Of a stretch of DNA of 64,000 bases, positions 13,030-26,282 are shown piece by piece (position 1 is the first letter of the stretch; each line of letters opens with the position of its first letter). Location: NCBI GenBank assembly GCA_977016875.1, contig CDRNST010000195.1, positions 2,790,001-2,854,000 of the forward strand, in the 5' to 3' direction. The notes beneath the pieces are model-generated. The model had not been told where the DNA came from. It searched no databases and worked only from the letters and a program-made list of their open reading frames with translations. The stretch is from Pavona decussata. Taxonomy: Eukaryota. The translations under genes and the position numbers were made by a program.

Positions 13030-14302
13030 AATATAAATATAGAAAAAACTACACTTCCATCCCGACAAGCCTGTTTCCTGATCTCTCACTCTTCGGGGGA
13101 TTTTAATGACAAGGATATTCACAACCATCGTTTACATACTATAAAATTAGCATAATAACTGGTTAGGAAAAAATTTGAAACTTAAAATTTAAAATTTAAA
13201 GGTTGCAATGTTTACTTGTTACCTAGTTACGCTTTCTTTCTGTGGTTAGGAAAAAAATTGAAATTTAAAATTTAAAGGTTGCAATGTTTAGTTGTTATGT
13301 AGTAACGCTTTCTTTCTGTGGTGACTAGAAGATGCAAGTTCATTATGTTTGTTAAGTGATGACAGATCAGGTCAACAGATGATGAAAAGTTTCTCCTTAA
13401 GGCAGAGATTACATCTTTTTAATACTTGAGCTGTTGTAAGGTGAGCTAGATGAAATGATACGCCATGAAGTAGAATGGTCAATGTTGCTGTCTGTAATAG
13501 TCCAGACGTGTTTGCTGAACTCGGTGGAGTTCCTGTGTTTTGCATGTTGGAATGATGCAGAGTGGTTTCTGTATCTCGTCTTAAAGTTGTTTTCTGGGAG
13601 TCTGATGTATGTTTCAGAAGTGTAATTGTCGTTATGCATGACGGTTGCTTGGTAGATAACTGATGATTGGAGGCAGTTTCCGTTAATAATAAAAATTATA
13701 ATTAAAGATGGCATCTAGGAAATTAATGACCTGTTTGTTGGCTTCAATTGTGACGCGTAGCCAATTTTCATTAAAGATGCAACATATTTCCTTCTTGATG
13801 TTCTGTGTCTCTTGGTGTGGCATTAGAAATGGATAGTCCGTCTTCACGGTAGAGTCCTATGCTGATGTCAAGGTTTTGTAGCTGCGAAAGCAAGAAACTT
13901 CCTACTACACTCACTTGTCTCAGCGCCGCCTTAGCTACCCATGGTAACATCAGACGTCGTGTCGCCCTTCTTTTGCCATGCTTGCTGTTTGTGTATAAGT
14001 ATTGATTTTTTAGCATCTATGATAATGTTTCGTTCGTTGTTTGAGATGTGGTCGAAGGCGGAGGCTTGGTACATTAAAGTAGAGTGTAATATATATAAAT
14101 TGAATGTAGAAAAAAACTACACTTTCATCCCGACAAGCCTTTGTTGTGATCTCTCACTCTTCAGGGGATTTTAGTGACAAGAATATTCATAACCATTGTT
14201 TATATACCATAAAAATTTACATAATTACTGTTGCAGAAAAATTGAAATTTAAAATTTAAATGTTGCAATGTTTAGTTGTTACATAGTGACGCTTTCTTTC
14301 TG
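13030..14302 (-). mobile_element. Penelope-like element, degraded RT plus GIY-YIG, with pseudo-LTR tandem repeats
   Basis: GLYREDGL (RT YRDD variant) and GIY-YIG C-terminus NCLQSSVIYQATV..YIRLPENNFKTRYRNH..STEFSKHVW. The 3' end and UTR (13030-13320) is repeated upstream (14090-14302), as in PLE pseudo-LTRs. Confidence 0.85.
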
Positions 14303-14559
14303 ATTACGAAACAAAGATTACCAGAGAAAGATTACCCAAGATTACCAAACAGCTGTCATCCCTTTCATCGGACAAAGCGTCATTTGACCAAGCCATATAA
14401 ACTTTGCCAAAAAAAATTAAATATCCACAGGAAAGCCTCTTAGTTTTTTTTGTGGGGGATGATTCAAAAATAAGCGATTATAATAGCATGTGTACACCAA
14501 TGTATTTGTTGAGTGTAAACAAGGATATCACTTTCACAATCATACAACGAGGCATAAAA

Positions 14560-15335
14560 ACAAACTGCCCGCACATTTAATGTGGGGACCATTGCATTTT
14601 TACCTTGGTGTCTCCTCTTTTAAACAAAGGAGGAGGTAATGGCAGTAGAAACTGTCTGCCCAAAGGTGTGGCACACGTTTTTACAATCAAGTTTACCCCC
14701 TATTGGTGTTCCTGCCCCAGGTGAATCTTCATTATTGTTAGAAGCTGCACCTCCACTACACACAACTGGAATTGAAACAGTCGTATCAGGTTGCCCATAC
14801 CAAGCTTCCCCATGCCCTATACAAAGGCCCTCCAGATCAGCAACAACGGATGGAGTCTTTAGTGTCTGAGAATTCTTGCATGAGGCATTGCAGCTGCTTT
14901 TGAACTTGGACACTGCACTTTTGTGGACGTCATTTAAAATACAATCACCAGTGAGAGGGCCAAGAAAGGAGTGTGCAATTAAAATATTGAGGTCGACTTC
15001 AGTTTGAAATATTGCCTTTTGCAATTCTTCCAAATTTTTCTCCAAATCTTTTCTAAGTACATCAACAAGGTGCATCAGAGCTCTCTCTTCATCTTCTTTC
15101 AGTTGCATCTCAGGGTAGTATTTAAAAAACTTGTGCTCCAAAACAGTCTTTGCTCTTCCAAATAATGTCCAGAAAGGAGTATCTTCATTAATCCGGATGC
15201 TGTCAATTTCTGTCCACTTCCTACCCACTTCTAAAAACCCGAAAAGTTTACTTAAACTTTTTGCACCCAAATTAATGGGTTCAAAAAGTCCGAAGGTGGA
15301 TCCTTCTCCAACAACCGTTTGATCGCCTTCTTCAT
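14560..15335 (-). pseudogene. Uncharacterised protein with possible PD-(D/E)XK nuclease fold
   Basis: 216-aa ORF with YGQPD ... IGGKL ... FGQTVSTAITSSF, spaced like G-x-x-D / E-x-K / Q REase-like motifs (E replaced by G). It continues out of frame after 14620. Confidence 0.4.
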
Positions 15336-15439
15336 TAATCTTGTTACACCCAATATATATATTACATATATAGATGGAGAAAACAGTTAAATATTTAAAA
15401 AATTCTTAAAATGTTTATGTATTAATATGGTAATGTATT

Positions 15440-17456
15440 ATTATACCACACATATTACTTAGTCTCATAGCAGTTGACAATTCCTGTGTGTGGTGAGATC
15501 GGAGGCCCGCATGTAAAGGCGCCACTGGTAGCCGCTTTCACTCCATATTTTGATCTCATCCACACACCTAATGATGAATGTGAAAGGCGGCTTTGCTGCT
15601 TCTGTCTCTAAATTGTGTGCATTTATAAAGCTAACATCAATAAGGAACCATGACAAATAACGCCAGCATTTGCGGGACTTGTGACCCAAATCGTGGTAGT
15701 TGCGAAGTTGATTGTTGAGATTGACAAATCCTGTGTTCTTGTTGAAGGCAATGGCGGCAGGGACTGTTGGGACTTGAATGTACGTTCTGTCGCATTGTTT
15801 TCTGTTGACTTTTTCATCACCAACTGGATTAGATTGAGTGCTTAAAAGGTTTACTAGCTTTGTGTCTTTCCAGGCAGTGGCTTCAAGGTTTCTGCACTGG
15901 TAAAATTTTGATTCCCCTTTTTGAAGGGCCTTCATGTCTTGGTTTTGCAGTTGGAAGCCTCTAGGAAAACCACGGTGGTTCGCTTGAACTGTTCCACACA
16001 GATAGGTGTTTTCTCCCAGCAAATCACAAGCAAGTTTAATCAAAGTAAAAAAATTGTCGCAGTAGACGTGGTGATACTTTCCAACAAATGGTTCAGTTAA
16101 TTCTCACACAACTCGGTAGCCAAGGCCATGCTCTGTTGCAATGCCACCTTTTTTTCCAGTATAAACTTGTAGGGTACAAACATAACCATTTGACGCATCA
16201 TTGCATTCCCACACCTTGATACTTCTTTTGACAGGCTTTAAAGGAACGTATTGTTTAAGACTGAGTTGACCTTTGAAGGCAACCATTGCCTCATACACAG
16301 AAAGATTCTGTCTGGGGAGATACTCTGAACGAACTGCGTCCACAATTGCATTGAGAAATGGTTGAACTTTAAAAAGTTTGTCATGGTTGGATTGGCCTTG
16401 AGGAACAGCATTTGTGTTGTTATTGGGGTAAAGATACTGGGTTATTTTCGCGGAATTGCTCTCTGCACACGCTGGTTCAACAAACGAGGACTGTATACTG
16501 TCTTTGAATTAGCTTTATTCTTCTGATCACAACATTACATGTTCCGTTCTACGATCTAACTTAATTCCATCTGATTAAAAGTTACACAAATGCTACGTTT
16601 ATTAGCTAGGGATACACACACCCAGATACGTAAGTCCGGTGTGGTAAGATAAGTTAAGCTAACTTGACAAAGTTCCAGTTTAGTTTTACACATTCTTCAA
16701 TGATTCATGGCCACTAATTTCCTGTTACATCGGTTTGTTTGACAATCATAGCGGTTATTTATGCATGCGGTTTTACTAGCGACTATTTGATTAAATACAT
16801 CATTGTTTGTAAAAGCTCTATTACACAAAGTCGGTCAATACTTCCTGTGACATTCTACCGATCTTTATTGGTGCGCGGTAACGAAACAATAGCTTACTTA
16901 ATAAACAGCTAGACATGCTAAATATATCAAAACAAGAGAAAATCTAATTACGAGTAGACATGATTTTTTTCATATAGGAAACTCTGAGGGTTGGATTGGT
17001 AGACCGCTAACAAGATGATTCAGGCAGCTGGTTGTATCCGAAGAGTACGTGAAGGCCAAAGAAGTTTTCCATTTCCTTGTCGGTTGTATCGTGCCATGTG
17101 GGATCTAGTTTTAGGGTGATACACTGGCTAGCATATCTGTTTCTTGGACAACCATATCCAATACTTCATTGGTCACAAACAACTGAAAAAAATCCTTTGC
17201 CGTGCCACCTTCTGTAACACTGCTCATCGTTCCTGATCTTGAGGTGAAGGCAATCCATTTACCGGCATTGGATCTCGACTCCATCCAATTTCTTCCTCAT
17301 CTTCAGAAAAATCTACCTCAGACAAGTCCTCTGTATTAACCTACAATAACCATGTTCTTTGTTGGCTCAGTCATAGCAACAAAAACAGCGCCATATGGCA
17401 CTCTTCGGATTTCAGGGATGTAAAACAGCAGTCCCATATGGTACTCTTTGAGGGTA
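15440..17456 (-). mobile_element. Degraded piggyBac transposon (PGBD4-like transposase)
   Basis: Motifs SVYEAMVAFKG..KQYVPLKPVKRSIKVW, HVYCDNFF, CGTVQAN, WKDTKLVNLLST and KCWRYL. Many stops and frameshifts. Terminus-like GAGGGTAA at about 17456. Confidence 0.88.
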
Positions 17457-18181
17457 AAGGTATTAAAATGAAGTAACAAGTTATTGAAAAATGTTTGAGC
17501 ATTATGGGCATTGTTAACATCTTTACCTTACAAAATACAAACTTAAAACAATATAAAGTTAAATGTCATTTTTGCCTTGGAAAATTTAAATCGAAGCAAA
17601 TGTCAAAAAAGAATGTTGAAAAAGTAGAAAAGTAAATATCAATTAAACTGAAAAAAATCTTGTCCAAATTCATTTGCGCATGAAACCAACAACCAGGATT
17701 TGATCCATAGCATCATGTTTCATGCATTGTTTTATGTGTGAAAAAATTAAAGTTGAGACAAAGTCATAGTATTTTATTAGGAGCAGCTTGTTTAACAAAT
17801 TGATGGGAACAATATATACAATATTTAATACGAACACTTCCCACAATTTAGCTAGCTTGAAGCCAAGAGCACTGCAATCACTCTCGGTAGTTTCAGGACT
17901 ACATTAAAATTGATTCTCTCTCACACTTCATTGTGGTAGTAAAACCATGCTTCTTCACCAACCATCATCACGCACAAATGTTTTCTTTGACTTGGGTGTT
18001 GAATAGCGCAGACATTTTTTGTATGTCTGCGTGTCTATTACGTGGTACATGATTCAAAGTAGAGAAAACTTTGAGTTGTAAGGCTTCATCTGTACATGGT
18101 TAATCGATAACAACAAAAGAAAAGTTTCCTGAGCACGTTGGAAGAAATATTACCTTCATCAAAGGATGATAGAAAGGATAA

Positions 18182-18532
18182 AACTAAAGCCTCCTTTACG
18201 AAATGCCTTCAGACCAGATTACTAAAACTTCTTGATCAAGAGGATATTTATGTTGACGTCAACACTCTGATTAAAAACTTCAAATATCAGTGGTATGATT
18301 AGCTAATATGAAACTTTCTTAATTTTAATTTAGACAGTCATTATTTTTTACTTAACTTATTACATATTAATTATTGGTATATCTTTAAATTATATTCTGT
18401 AAATATATACTAATCAACTGCACTACCTAGATTAGCCTATGCTATTTGCGGGCTAGTGCATTCTTGCCTTACCTTCGTGAAAAATGTGCTTTAATAAATT
18501 GAATTGAAATTGAATTGAATTGAAATTGAATT
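18182..18532 (+). mobile_element. 5'-truncated CR1/L2 LINE 3' end with (GAATT)n tail
   Basis: Encodes LLKLLDQEDIYVDVNTLIKNF.. then stop, AATAAA and a gaatt/gaaatt microsatellite tail. Flanked by GATAA (18177-81, 18533-37). Absent from copy 2 at about 31370. Confidence 0.85.
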
Positions 18533-20588
18533 GATAATAGATTTCTTTAGTTTGCCAAATCGTAAATGGGTAAAACATATCTTTTACATGAAGCACAAAA
18601 CTACTTTTGATTACAAAGGAAGCTTAAAGAATAAAAGAACAAAATCCATAAAATATTTGACACTAACACTTTGTTCTCCTCGATTGGGAATTACACTTAG
18701 AGGGACAAAATTGCCATCTTGCTTCATTTTGTGGTTTTACAGTGCTCAATGTTTGATTTGAGTTTGACACCCTTGCAAAATCTCTCAAATATGTTTTCGA
18801 TATACATCTTTAATAGTCCTAAATCTTCATTTGCTGTTCAAATAAGTTTTATATATTTCAAATTTATTTGCAATAAGCACTTTCCAATAAGCACTTTCCA
18901 ATAATTCAGTAGTAAGACTCGTAAGCTGCGTCCTCCCGCTCTTTGCTCGGTACCAGTCTGCGTCAATGACTTCACTGGAATCCTTCCTTATATAACAAAT
19001 CTTCCGTTGTCGGGACAGTGAGTAGTCTATCTTCCATTGCTGAAAAGCTTCTTGTAACCCACTCTTGCTTTTACGAAAGTCTTTCCTCGGTCGACCTCCT
19101 GGGTCTGGCCCATTCAACTGAGTTCCATAAATCACAGCTCATAAGTTGGAATTCTAATGTCTTTAGCAGAATTCTTCTCTTGAAAACTTGGGAACCCTTG
19201 TGGTAGTTGTCCATACAGCTACTTTAACGAGCCAGAAAGACTTATCAAGACTGTTGCAAAGTGCATCTACCTTTGCCGGGGTACGCTCCTCTGCTTCTTC
19301 TTTTCCCTTTAGCCACTCCATTGTTTGCACAATTTTTACTTGCGTTGTGGGTTCTTGGTCAGCTGTAGTGACAGGAACAGAAGAAGAAGAAGATGATGAC
19401 ACAGGAGCAGGTTATTGGAAGGATGTACGATTTGTAACCCTAGTCTGTCCAGTGGTATCCACGGGATCGGTAAATGAAAACTGTTTCACCACAACATTTG
19501 GCAAGGAAGAAAGACGCAGCAGGCAGCGGTTCATTTGCTTCGTTAGGAGGTGGGGCAGGAATTTTTAAGATCTCGAAGTAGGGTTTTTATTTCCTCCATT
19601 CACACTGTGTCTTTGAACCAACGAGTAAGCAGTCTCATTGATGTGGAAAAGAACTAAATTTGTTTAGTTTAAAATTGTACTCCTGTTCAGGACGCGAGCA
19701 CGAATACCGTGATATTCGGCAAGAAATAGCTTCCACCTTGAAGTGTATACTGTTTTCATAGTATCACCTCGTTCTCTCCTCGGCTGTGGATGTTTGTCGC
19801 ACAGATGAATGCATACTGCTTCAACAAGAACTTCTTCTTGGTGAACTTGCTGGAGCACCAGCAGATAAGAAACACCTGAAATCGATAGGAACGAAAGATG
19901 GTATTGTACTGTAATAACAACAAGCTAAGGTAATAGTGATAATTTTTGTCTTTGCTGCAGTGACGATTTCACTATACCTTTTCATTGCCTCAATGGTGAC
20001 ATATCCAGACCTTTTTTCTTTCGATCTTGCAATTCCTTTTGTTCACCTTACTGAAGTTGGTGATGACATCCCCTGAAGCTAACTCTGCTGAAGCTGTCCA
20101 CAATGCTAAACGGTGGATTAAACTTGATAAAATTAACGTTTTTCTTAGATTTTAGAAAACTGCGGAGCAAACCGATCTCTAGTGTCTCTAGTGATTGGTT
20201 GGCCATTTTTTCTTCTTAGGCTTGAAAGCTAAGGGTCTCTTCTCAAAGTATGGTTTCACTTTTGAAATCATAGTGTAAAGTTAAAAGTTAGTCTGATTGC
20301 CTGCCTCACTTTGATAGACCTTAAAGGCCTTGTTTGTTTTCTCTTCTAAGTCTTAAATGTTAACTGGAAACTCGGCAGGATTTGCCCTTTTGGAGGAGAC
20401 TTAAATAGGGTAAACAATGGTAAACAGAGAAGGTTGTTGCAGATTTTGCAACCAACCAAGTCGCAAGACTAGCCACTCCCATTCACTAAACTTCCAATGA
20501 TGGTATACAAGGAGATTCCAGGGGGATCCTGTATGCATGCCATATGCCACTTTTGCTCTGGCCACACAGCTGTCAGCATGTCATCCCT

Positions 20589-20894
20589 TGTTCGGAAAAT
20601 CCCGGCACTGGTTCGACTCAATAAGAGGACTGTATCTTTTTTCCTTTCAACAATTCTTTATTTCGTTCTCCATCATATACTGTTTACATTTCACAATCTC
20701 TAACAACTCCGAACTTTCGTATCAACTGATACATGAGCTTCGATTTTACAAATTTATCTTTTCCAATACAATGGTAGACTATTTTGACACTTATGTCAAT
20801 CAGTTACACTATAGATCCATTAAGTTTCAGAATACAAAATCAAGATACAATCTAATGTCAACACGGATTGATTTACAATAATTATTCTTAGACA
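20589..20894 (-). repeat. 3' LTR of BEL/Pao element
   Basis: 306 bp; differs from the other LTR by about 3 substitutions and 1 indel (manual comparison). Confidence 0.97.
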
Positions 20895-20909
20895 CACTCC
20901 CCCCTTTGA
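20895..20909 (-). other. Polypurine tract of BEL element
   Basis: Minus strand tcaaaggggggagtg immediately precedes the 3' LTR. Confidence 0.85.
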
Positions 20910-20980
20910 CCAATCAGGGTCAAACACAGCACACAAGTCCGAAAAGTACGATCGCGCTACAAAATACACCGAGCAAACAA

Positions 20981-23900
20981 CTAGTGATTAATTATGGCTT
21001 GCATACGCCAACACGAATCCAGTGCTGCCGCTCGCCTTGGGGTATTTCTAACCCTACCCTGATTGCCATTTTCCCCGGTTCCTACATTTCCCTGAGTTCC
21101 CCCCGTGACACAACTAACCTCCAGGGGAAACAACTTTTGAACTGCCCGATTCATAAAAACAGGTTTTCCCTTCGTGATTACTTTCAGTCTGGCACCTCTT
21201 ACCTGTCCATCTTTGCCCACAATCAACTCCTCCACCTTCGCCAATTTCCAGTTACTTCTCTTAACATTGTCTTCGTGAACGAACACCAATTCTCCAACAC
21301 TTACCTTGTCATTTTGCCTTCCTTGTTGCCACGATGATGCTCTCTCAAATCCACCAAATACTCTTTGCGCCACCGATTCCAGAAATGGATTCTTAACTTA
21401 GCAAGGTATCTAAACCTCTTCAGGAACCCACGTTCATTTTCTTCCTCGTCATCTCGTACCTCCTCTGGTAAGTTAATTAAGCGCCGTCCATAGATGAGAT
21501 GCGCTGGTGTCAACATTTCCGCCCCAACTTCATCATATTCGTACGTCAGGGGACGTGAATTCATGGTGGCTTCCAATTCAGTTAAGACTGTTATCATTTC
21601 GTCCGCGTTAAGCTTCGCGTTTCCAAGGACCTTTCTAAGACAGCGTTTCGTAGTTCCTATCAGTCGCTCAAAGAATCCTCCCCACCATGGCGCCCGCTCT
21701 AAATTGAACCTCCAGTCTATCCGGTTTGTCTCCAAATGCGCCCTTACCTCTTCGTTGTCATACATTCGCCTCAAAATCTTCTCCGATGCCTTGAACGTCT
21801 TCGCGTTGTCCGAAACTATCAACGATGGTGTGCCCCGCCTGGCCGTAAACTTTCGTAAACAACGCAAAAAGGTCGGCGCTGTTAAGTCTGCCACCAGGTC
21901 CAGATGCACAGCCCGTGTCACGCAACAAGTAAACAACGCTATATAGGATTTCACCATTTTGCCATCTGTAGACTTCACATACACTGGACCAGCGAAATCT
22001 ACTCCTACCTTCGAAAATGGTGCGGCCTCCCTGACCCTGAATTCTGGCAATGCTGCTACAGGTGGCGCTCCAAAGGGTTTTCCTTGCTGTCTTTTACACG
22101 TCACGCATTCTCTTAACACCTTCTTTACAACTTGTCTACCCTTTGGAACCCAAAACCTTGACCTAAACTCTCCCAACGTCGTTCGCACTCCTCCATGTTT
22201 CGTTCTTCTATGGCATTCTTTGATAATCAACTTGGTCATCCTGTGATTTCTGGGCAGAATGATTGGTTCCTGCGATTCCAGGTCCAGATCCGAATTTTCC
22301 AATCTGCCAATACATTTCAAGATTCCGTCACGGTTCTCTAGTTTCAATTGTCGGACAAGGTCATCATAGCTTTTACTGCCCTTTAATTCCGCTTGCGCGG
22401 CTCCGATCCATATTCGCTCTGCTTCGTACATTTCTCTTCTTTGCAACATACCCGCTCTCCCTTGCACACCCCTTCCGGTACACACAAAATTGAACAGAAA
22501 ACGCTTCACCCATGCCTTAACCTTCAACAACCGATCAAAGGTACTAAACTTGTTGATATCAATCACATCTGTGACTCCACGTTTTCTTGTCACGCCAGCT
22601 ACCGTGACAGTCACTTTCTTCATCTCTTCGTTACTCTGTGGAGTCTGGTTGATCTCTGTGCTTGGCCATCCAGTCCTTGGTCCAGTCAACCACGGTGGAC
22701 CGTTCCACCACAAGACGTTTTCTTTCAGCTTGGATGCCTGTTCACCTCTCGAACCTATGTCCGCTGGGTTCTCCTCCCCCGGACAATGTCCCCACTCATC
22801 CTTCTTCGTGACCTTCAGAATTTCATTGACTCTGTGACGAACAAACTGCTTCCATTCGCCGTTGTTTGCTATCCACCATAGCGCCATTTCTGACAGCTCA
22901 AAGATAAACACATTGTTTTCACAATTCCATAACTGTCCAAGCACCCTTTCATTCTTCATTCCCGCTTTCGCTCCAAGGGTCTCCTTGGCATAGCTCTCGT
23001 CGGCGCTTTCGACTTCTTTGTTTACGTCTGTCTCGTCACACAATTCACGTTGTTCTATTTTGGCCCTCAACTCACCGCTGTTCGTTAACCATTTCCTTAA
23101 TTAAAACCCACCGAGAGCGAGTCTCGTTTTCGCCTTGTCATACAACTCACCTGCCTCCTGCGTGTCTCTCCTTCCAGAAACGAGATCATCGACGTAAAAA
23201 CTCTTCTTCATGATACGAACAAACTCAGGATCTAGCTCAATAAACGAATCAAGATGATATTGCAGTGTTGCATTGAGTAGGAATGGTGAACAATTAACTC
23301 CAAAAACAACACGACAAAACCTGTAAACAATGGGCTCTAATTGGTCGCTGTCAACACTATTTACCCAGAGAAACGTCAAACAATCCCTGTCACGTCTGTT
23401 TACAATGATATTGAGAAATGCCTTTTCAATATCACCAACTAACGCAACGCGCTTCTCTCGAAAACGAATTAGAATTTCATACAGCAGTGTTAACGCAGGT
23501 CCCACATGAAGGCAATCATTCAGCGACACACCCCTTTTTCCCTCTTTAGACGATGCGTCGTACACGACCCTGACCTTGGTCGTCTTGGCGTCTTTCTGGA
23601 TGACTGCGTGATGCGGGAGATAATGAATCTTCTCAGTCGTTTCTAACTCCGTCACTCGCTCGACTATTCCAACCTCTTCTTGTTCCTTTATGATCCCATC
23701 ATATGCATTCAGAACTGTGGGGTCACTCTTTAACCGTCCTAATTGACCTTTTAGCCGTCTCAAGCTGTTGTGGTAATTGGACGGCAGGGGCCCATGTCCC
23801 TGTTTCCATGGTAGAGAGACTTCATATCTGTTTCCGTTAAAAACAATCGCGTCCTTCAAGGCTTCGTGGACTTGATCCCCTTCCCGAATTCCGAGTGTCT

Positions 23901-24660
23901 CGAAGTCCCACAGCTTCCGTGCGCTATCTTCCAATTTTCGATTATCAACAAACGCCTCTTCATTGCGTGACAAACTGTTACCCACAAGGTGAAGGTGGAC
24001 ATGTATTTGTGAATCATCACAAACTCCCTTCAGGGGCCCTGACAAGACCCAACCCAGGTGGGTTTCTACGGCGACGGGTTCACCTGGCTCTCCCCTTACC
24101 GTTCTCCCCCCTTGAAAGGACCAGAGAAAATTCGCCCCAATGAGCAGGTCTACATCGAGAATTTCCCAATCCCGATTGACATCCGAGAACCACAAGCCCT
24201 AGAGATGGGGGTACTCGGCTTTCCTGTTCTCAATGTGCTCATTTCGTATTTGCGTGATACTGGGTACCTCATAGGCCTCGATCCAAATCCCATTCCCCCC
24301 CTGTAAAGGGAACACATCAAACTCATGCAGACCCCTCAACCCACTATCCCTCGTTTGCTGCCCAAAGGTGCTAATTTCGATCCATTCCCTTCGCACCTCC
24401 TGCAACCCCGCTAACTGTACAGCTCTAGTAGTTATAAAGGACTTATGGCTACCTGTGTCGAATAAAACCCGAACCCTCGAATGTTTGCTCCCCGTAATAA
24501 CTGCTTGGGCTGTTTGTAATGCAACCCTCCCAACTAATCCCACGTGAAGGGCGGGACTGGCATGACTGGCATGCGCGTGATTGACACTTGGCGAGATATC
24601 ATAATCACCATTGTTTGCGGGCCTAGGCTGACGCAGCGCCTGGTATGCGTTGTGACCCAC
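20981..24660 (-). pseudogene. pol: BEL pol: aspartic protease, RT, integrase and C-terminal domain (disrupted)
   Basis: Protease LFDTGS; RT YLPHH, VVYDAS, DIEKAFL, FGVNCSPFLL, FYVDD; integrase HHCC, GVDFAGP, SDNAKTF, WWGGFFERL. Split over ORFs 24199..24660, 23101..24195, 21301..23070 and 20981..21373. Confidence 0.95.
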
Positions 24661-25956
24661 ATAGTCAACACAAATGGAAACATGATGACACCCTTTCTTA
24701 CAAACATTACATACAATTTGAGTGGCACAATCACGGGAAATATGCCCTTTCTTAGCACAAATAAAGCATCGTCCTTACTTACGTAAAAGGAGCTTCCTTT
24801 CCTCAACAGAAGTAACGTTCATACAATGTTCATGGGCATGTTTGCCCTTACAATAAGCACACAGATTGTCCCATGTCTTTGCTAACAGGGCGTTGGCTGT
24901 TGGGGGTCCGCCCCCAAATTTTCTTTGATCTTTCTCACGCGGCTCACGCGTAAAGTTCTTGTTGCTTCTGAATGAATTTTCCTCTCTCAGCTCCAGCTCA
25001 CACAACAGTTCAGCTAGCATTTCGTCCATTCTCCACTCCTCATGGTTCTTCCCTCTGGTTATCTGCAATCGTATGGCCTCTGGTATCTTGTTCAAGATGG
25101 CCGGCACAACAATCCCTTGATATGTAGCGGCGTCCACTCCGAGCGCCTGAAGGCCTCGATGGTGGACTTCCACCAAGTCGTACAATCGGCGAAGGCCACC
25201 AATATCCCTTTCATTAAAAACAGCCTGAATCTTTAAAAGGTCGTTCACGTGGGCTCGTTCGATTGTACTTTTCTTCCCGAATCGCCGCTTTAACAGGTCG
25301 ATGGCGGCCTCATAATTTGCCTCTGTTAAGGCCAATCCCGCTATCGCCGTACGTGCTGTTCCCCCAAGTAATCCGCGTAAGTAGGAAAACTTGTCTACGG
25401 GCGATAGCTTGGGATTGGAGTGTATGGAGCTTACGAAACCGTCCCAAAACTCCTGCCATTCCTCGACACGCCCTGCGAACCGCTTCGCTTCCAACTTCGG
25501 CAATCGAACTTGAACTGTGCCGGACGAATTATTGCTCCCGTTACTTGAAGGCTCTTGTTGTGATGCTGGAGGTTGAGCGTTTCCACCGAGTGCCTCTTCT
25601 GCTGAGGCGACAAGTGCAGTAAACTCTCCCCTCAAGTCTCCGGCGCATCGTATCTCCTCTGCTATCTCCTCGTCCGACACCTCCTCGATTTCGACTAACA
25701 ATCTCAAAATTTCGCCATCAAGTTCTTTAGTAATGTCCAACAGTTCCGATAATGTATCCTTTAACTGAATGGTCTTCGCCCGCTGCTCCTCGTTGTACGT
25801 TTGCAAGAGTCCTTTTAACTCGTCGCCGACGTATTTTAGGTACGCTCTATGCCCTTTTCTTTCTCTCCTTCTCAGTTGCACTGTGTCTTCTCTGCTCTCC
25901 TTTCTCGTTTCTGAAGTCGTTCCATTGCCTGTTTTAGATGTCTTTGTCTTTCCCAT
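24660..25956 (-). pseudogene. gag: BEL gag (DUF1759-type with CCHC knuckles)
   Basis: VRLPKLEAKRFAG..WQEFWDGF..IH..LSPVDKFSYL..NYEAAIDLLKRRFG and CAYCKGKHAHEHC. Frameshift near 24780. Confidence 0.93.
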
Positions 25957-25957
25957 G

Positions 25958-25975
25958 ATCCGGCTCGAGGGACCA
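25958..25975 (-). other. Primer-binding site, tRNA-Tyr type
   Basis: Minus strand TGGTCCCTCGAGCCGGAT begins 2 nt after the 5' LTR. It is complementary to the 3' end of eukaryotic tRNA-Tyr with one mismatch. Confidence 0.8.
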
Positions 25976-25977
25976 AA

Positions 25978-26282
25978 TGTTCGGAAAATCCCGGCACTGG
26001 TTCGACTCAATAAGAGGACTGTATCTTTCTCCTTTCAACAATTCTTTATTTCGTTCTCCATCATATACTGTTTACATTCCACAATCTCTAACAACTCCGA
26101 ACTTTCGTATCAACTGATACATGAGCTTCGATTTTACAAATTTATCTTTTCCAATACAATGGTAGACTATTTTGACACTTATGTCAATCAGTTACACTAT
26201 AGATCCATTAAGTTTCAGAATACAAAATCAAGATACAATCTAATGTCAACACGGATTGATTTACAATAATTATTCTCAGACA
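25978..26282 (-). repeat. 5' LTR of BEL/Pao element
   Basis: 305 bp, TG..CA, near-identical to 20589-20894. Confidence 0.97.

Larger units (their letters stand above)
20589..26282 (-). mobile_element. BEL/Pao LTR retrotransposon, both LTRs present, non-autonomous (frameshifts, internal deletion)
   Basis: TG..CA LTRs at 20589-20894 and 25978-26282; TCCCT target duplication (20584-88, 26283-87); empty site at about 35295. Domain order gag-PR-RT-(RH)-IN. Confidence 0.97.

Noticed and set aside
20537-20881. ORFs in the LTRs (also 25769..26269)
   Set aside because: Chance open frames in duplicated LTR sequence, with no domain features.
21494-22881. Several plus-strand ORFs of 95-162 aa
   Set aside because: Antisense shadows of the BEL pol gene.
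25958-25975. tRNA gene
   Set aside because: Only an 18-nt tRNA-complementary PBS; no cloverleaf.
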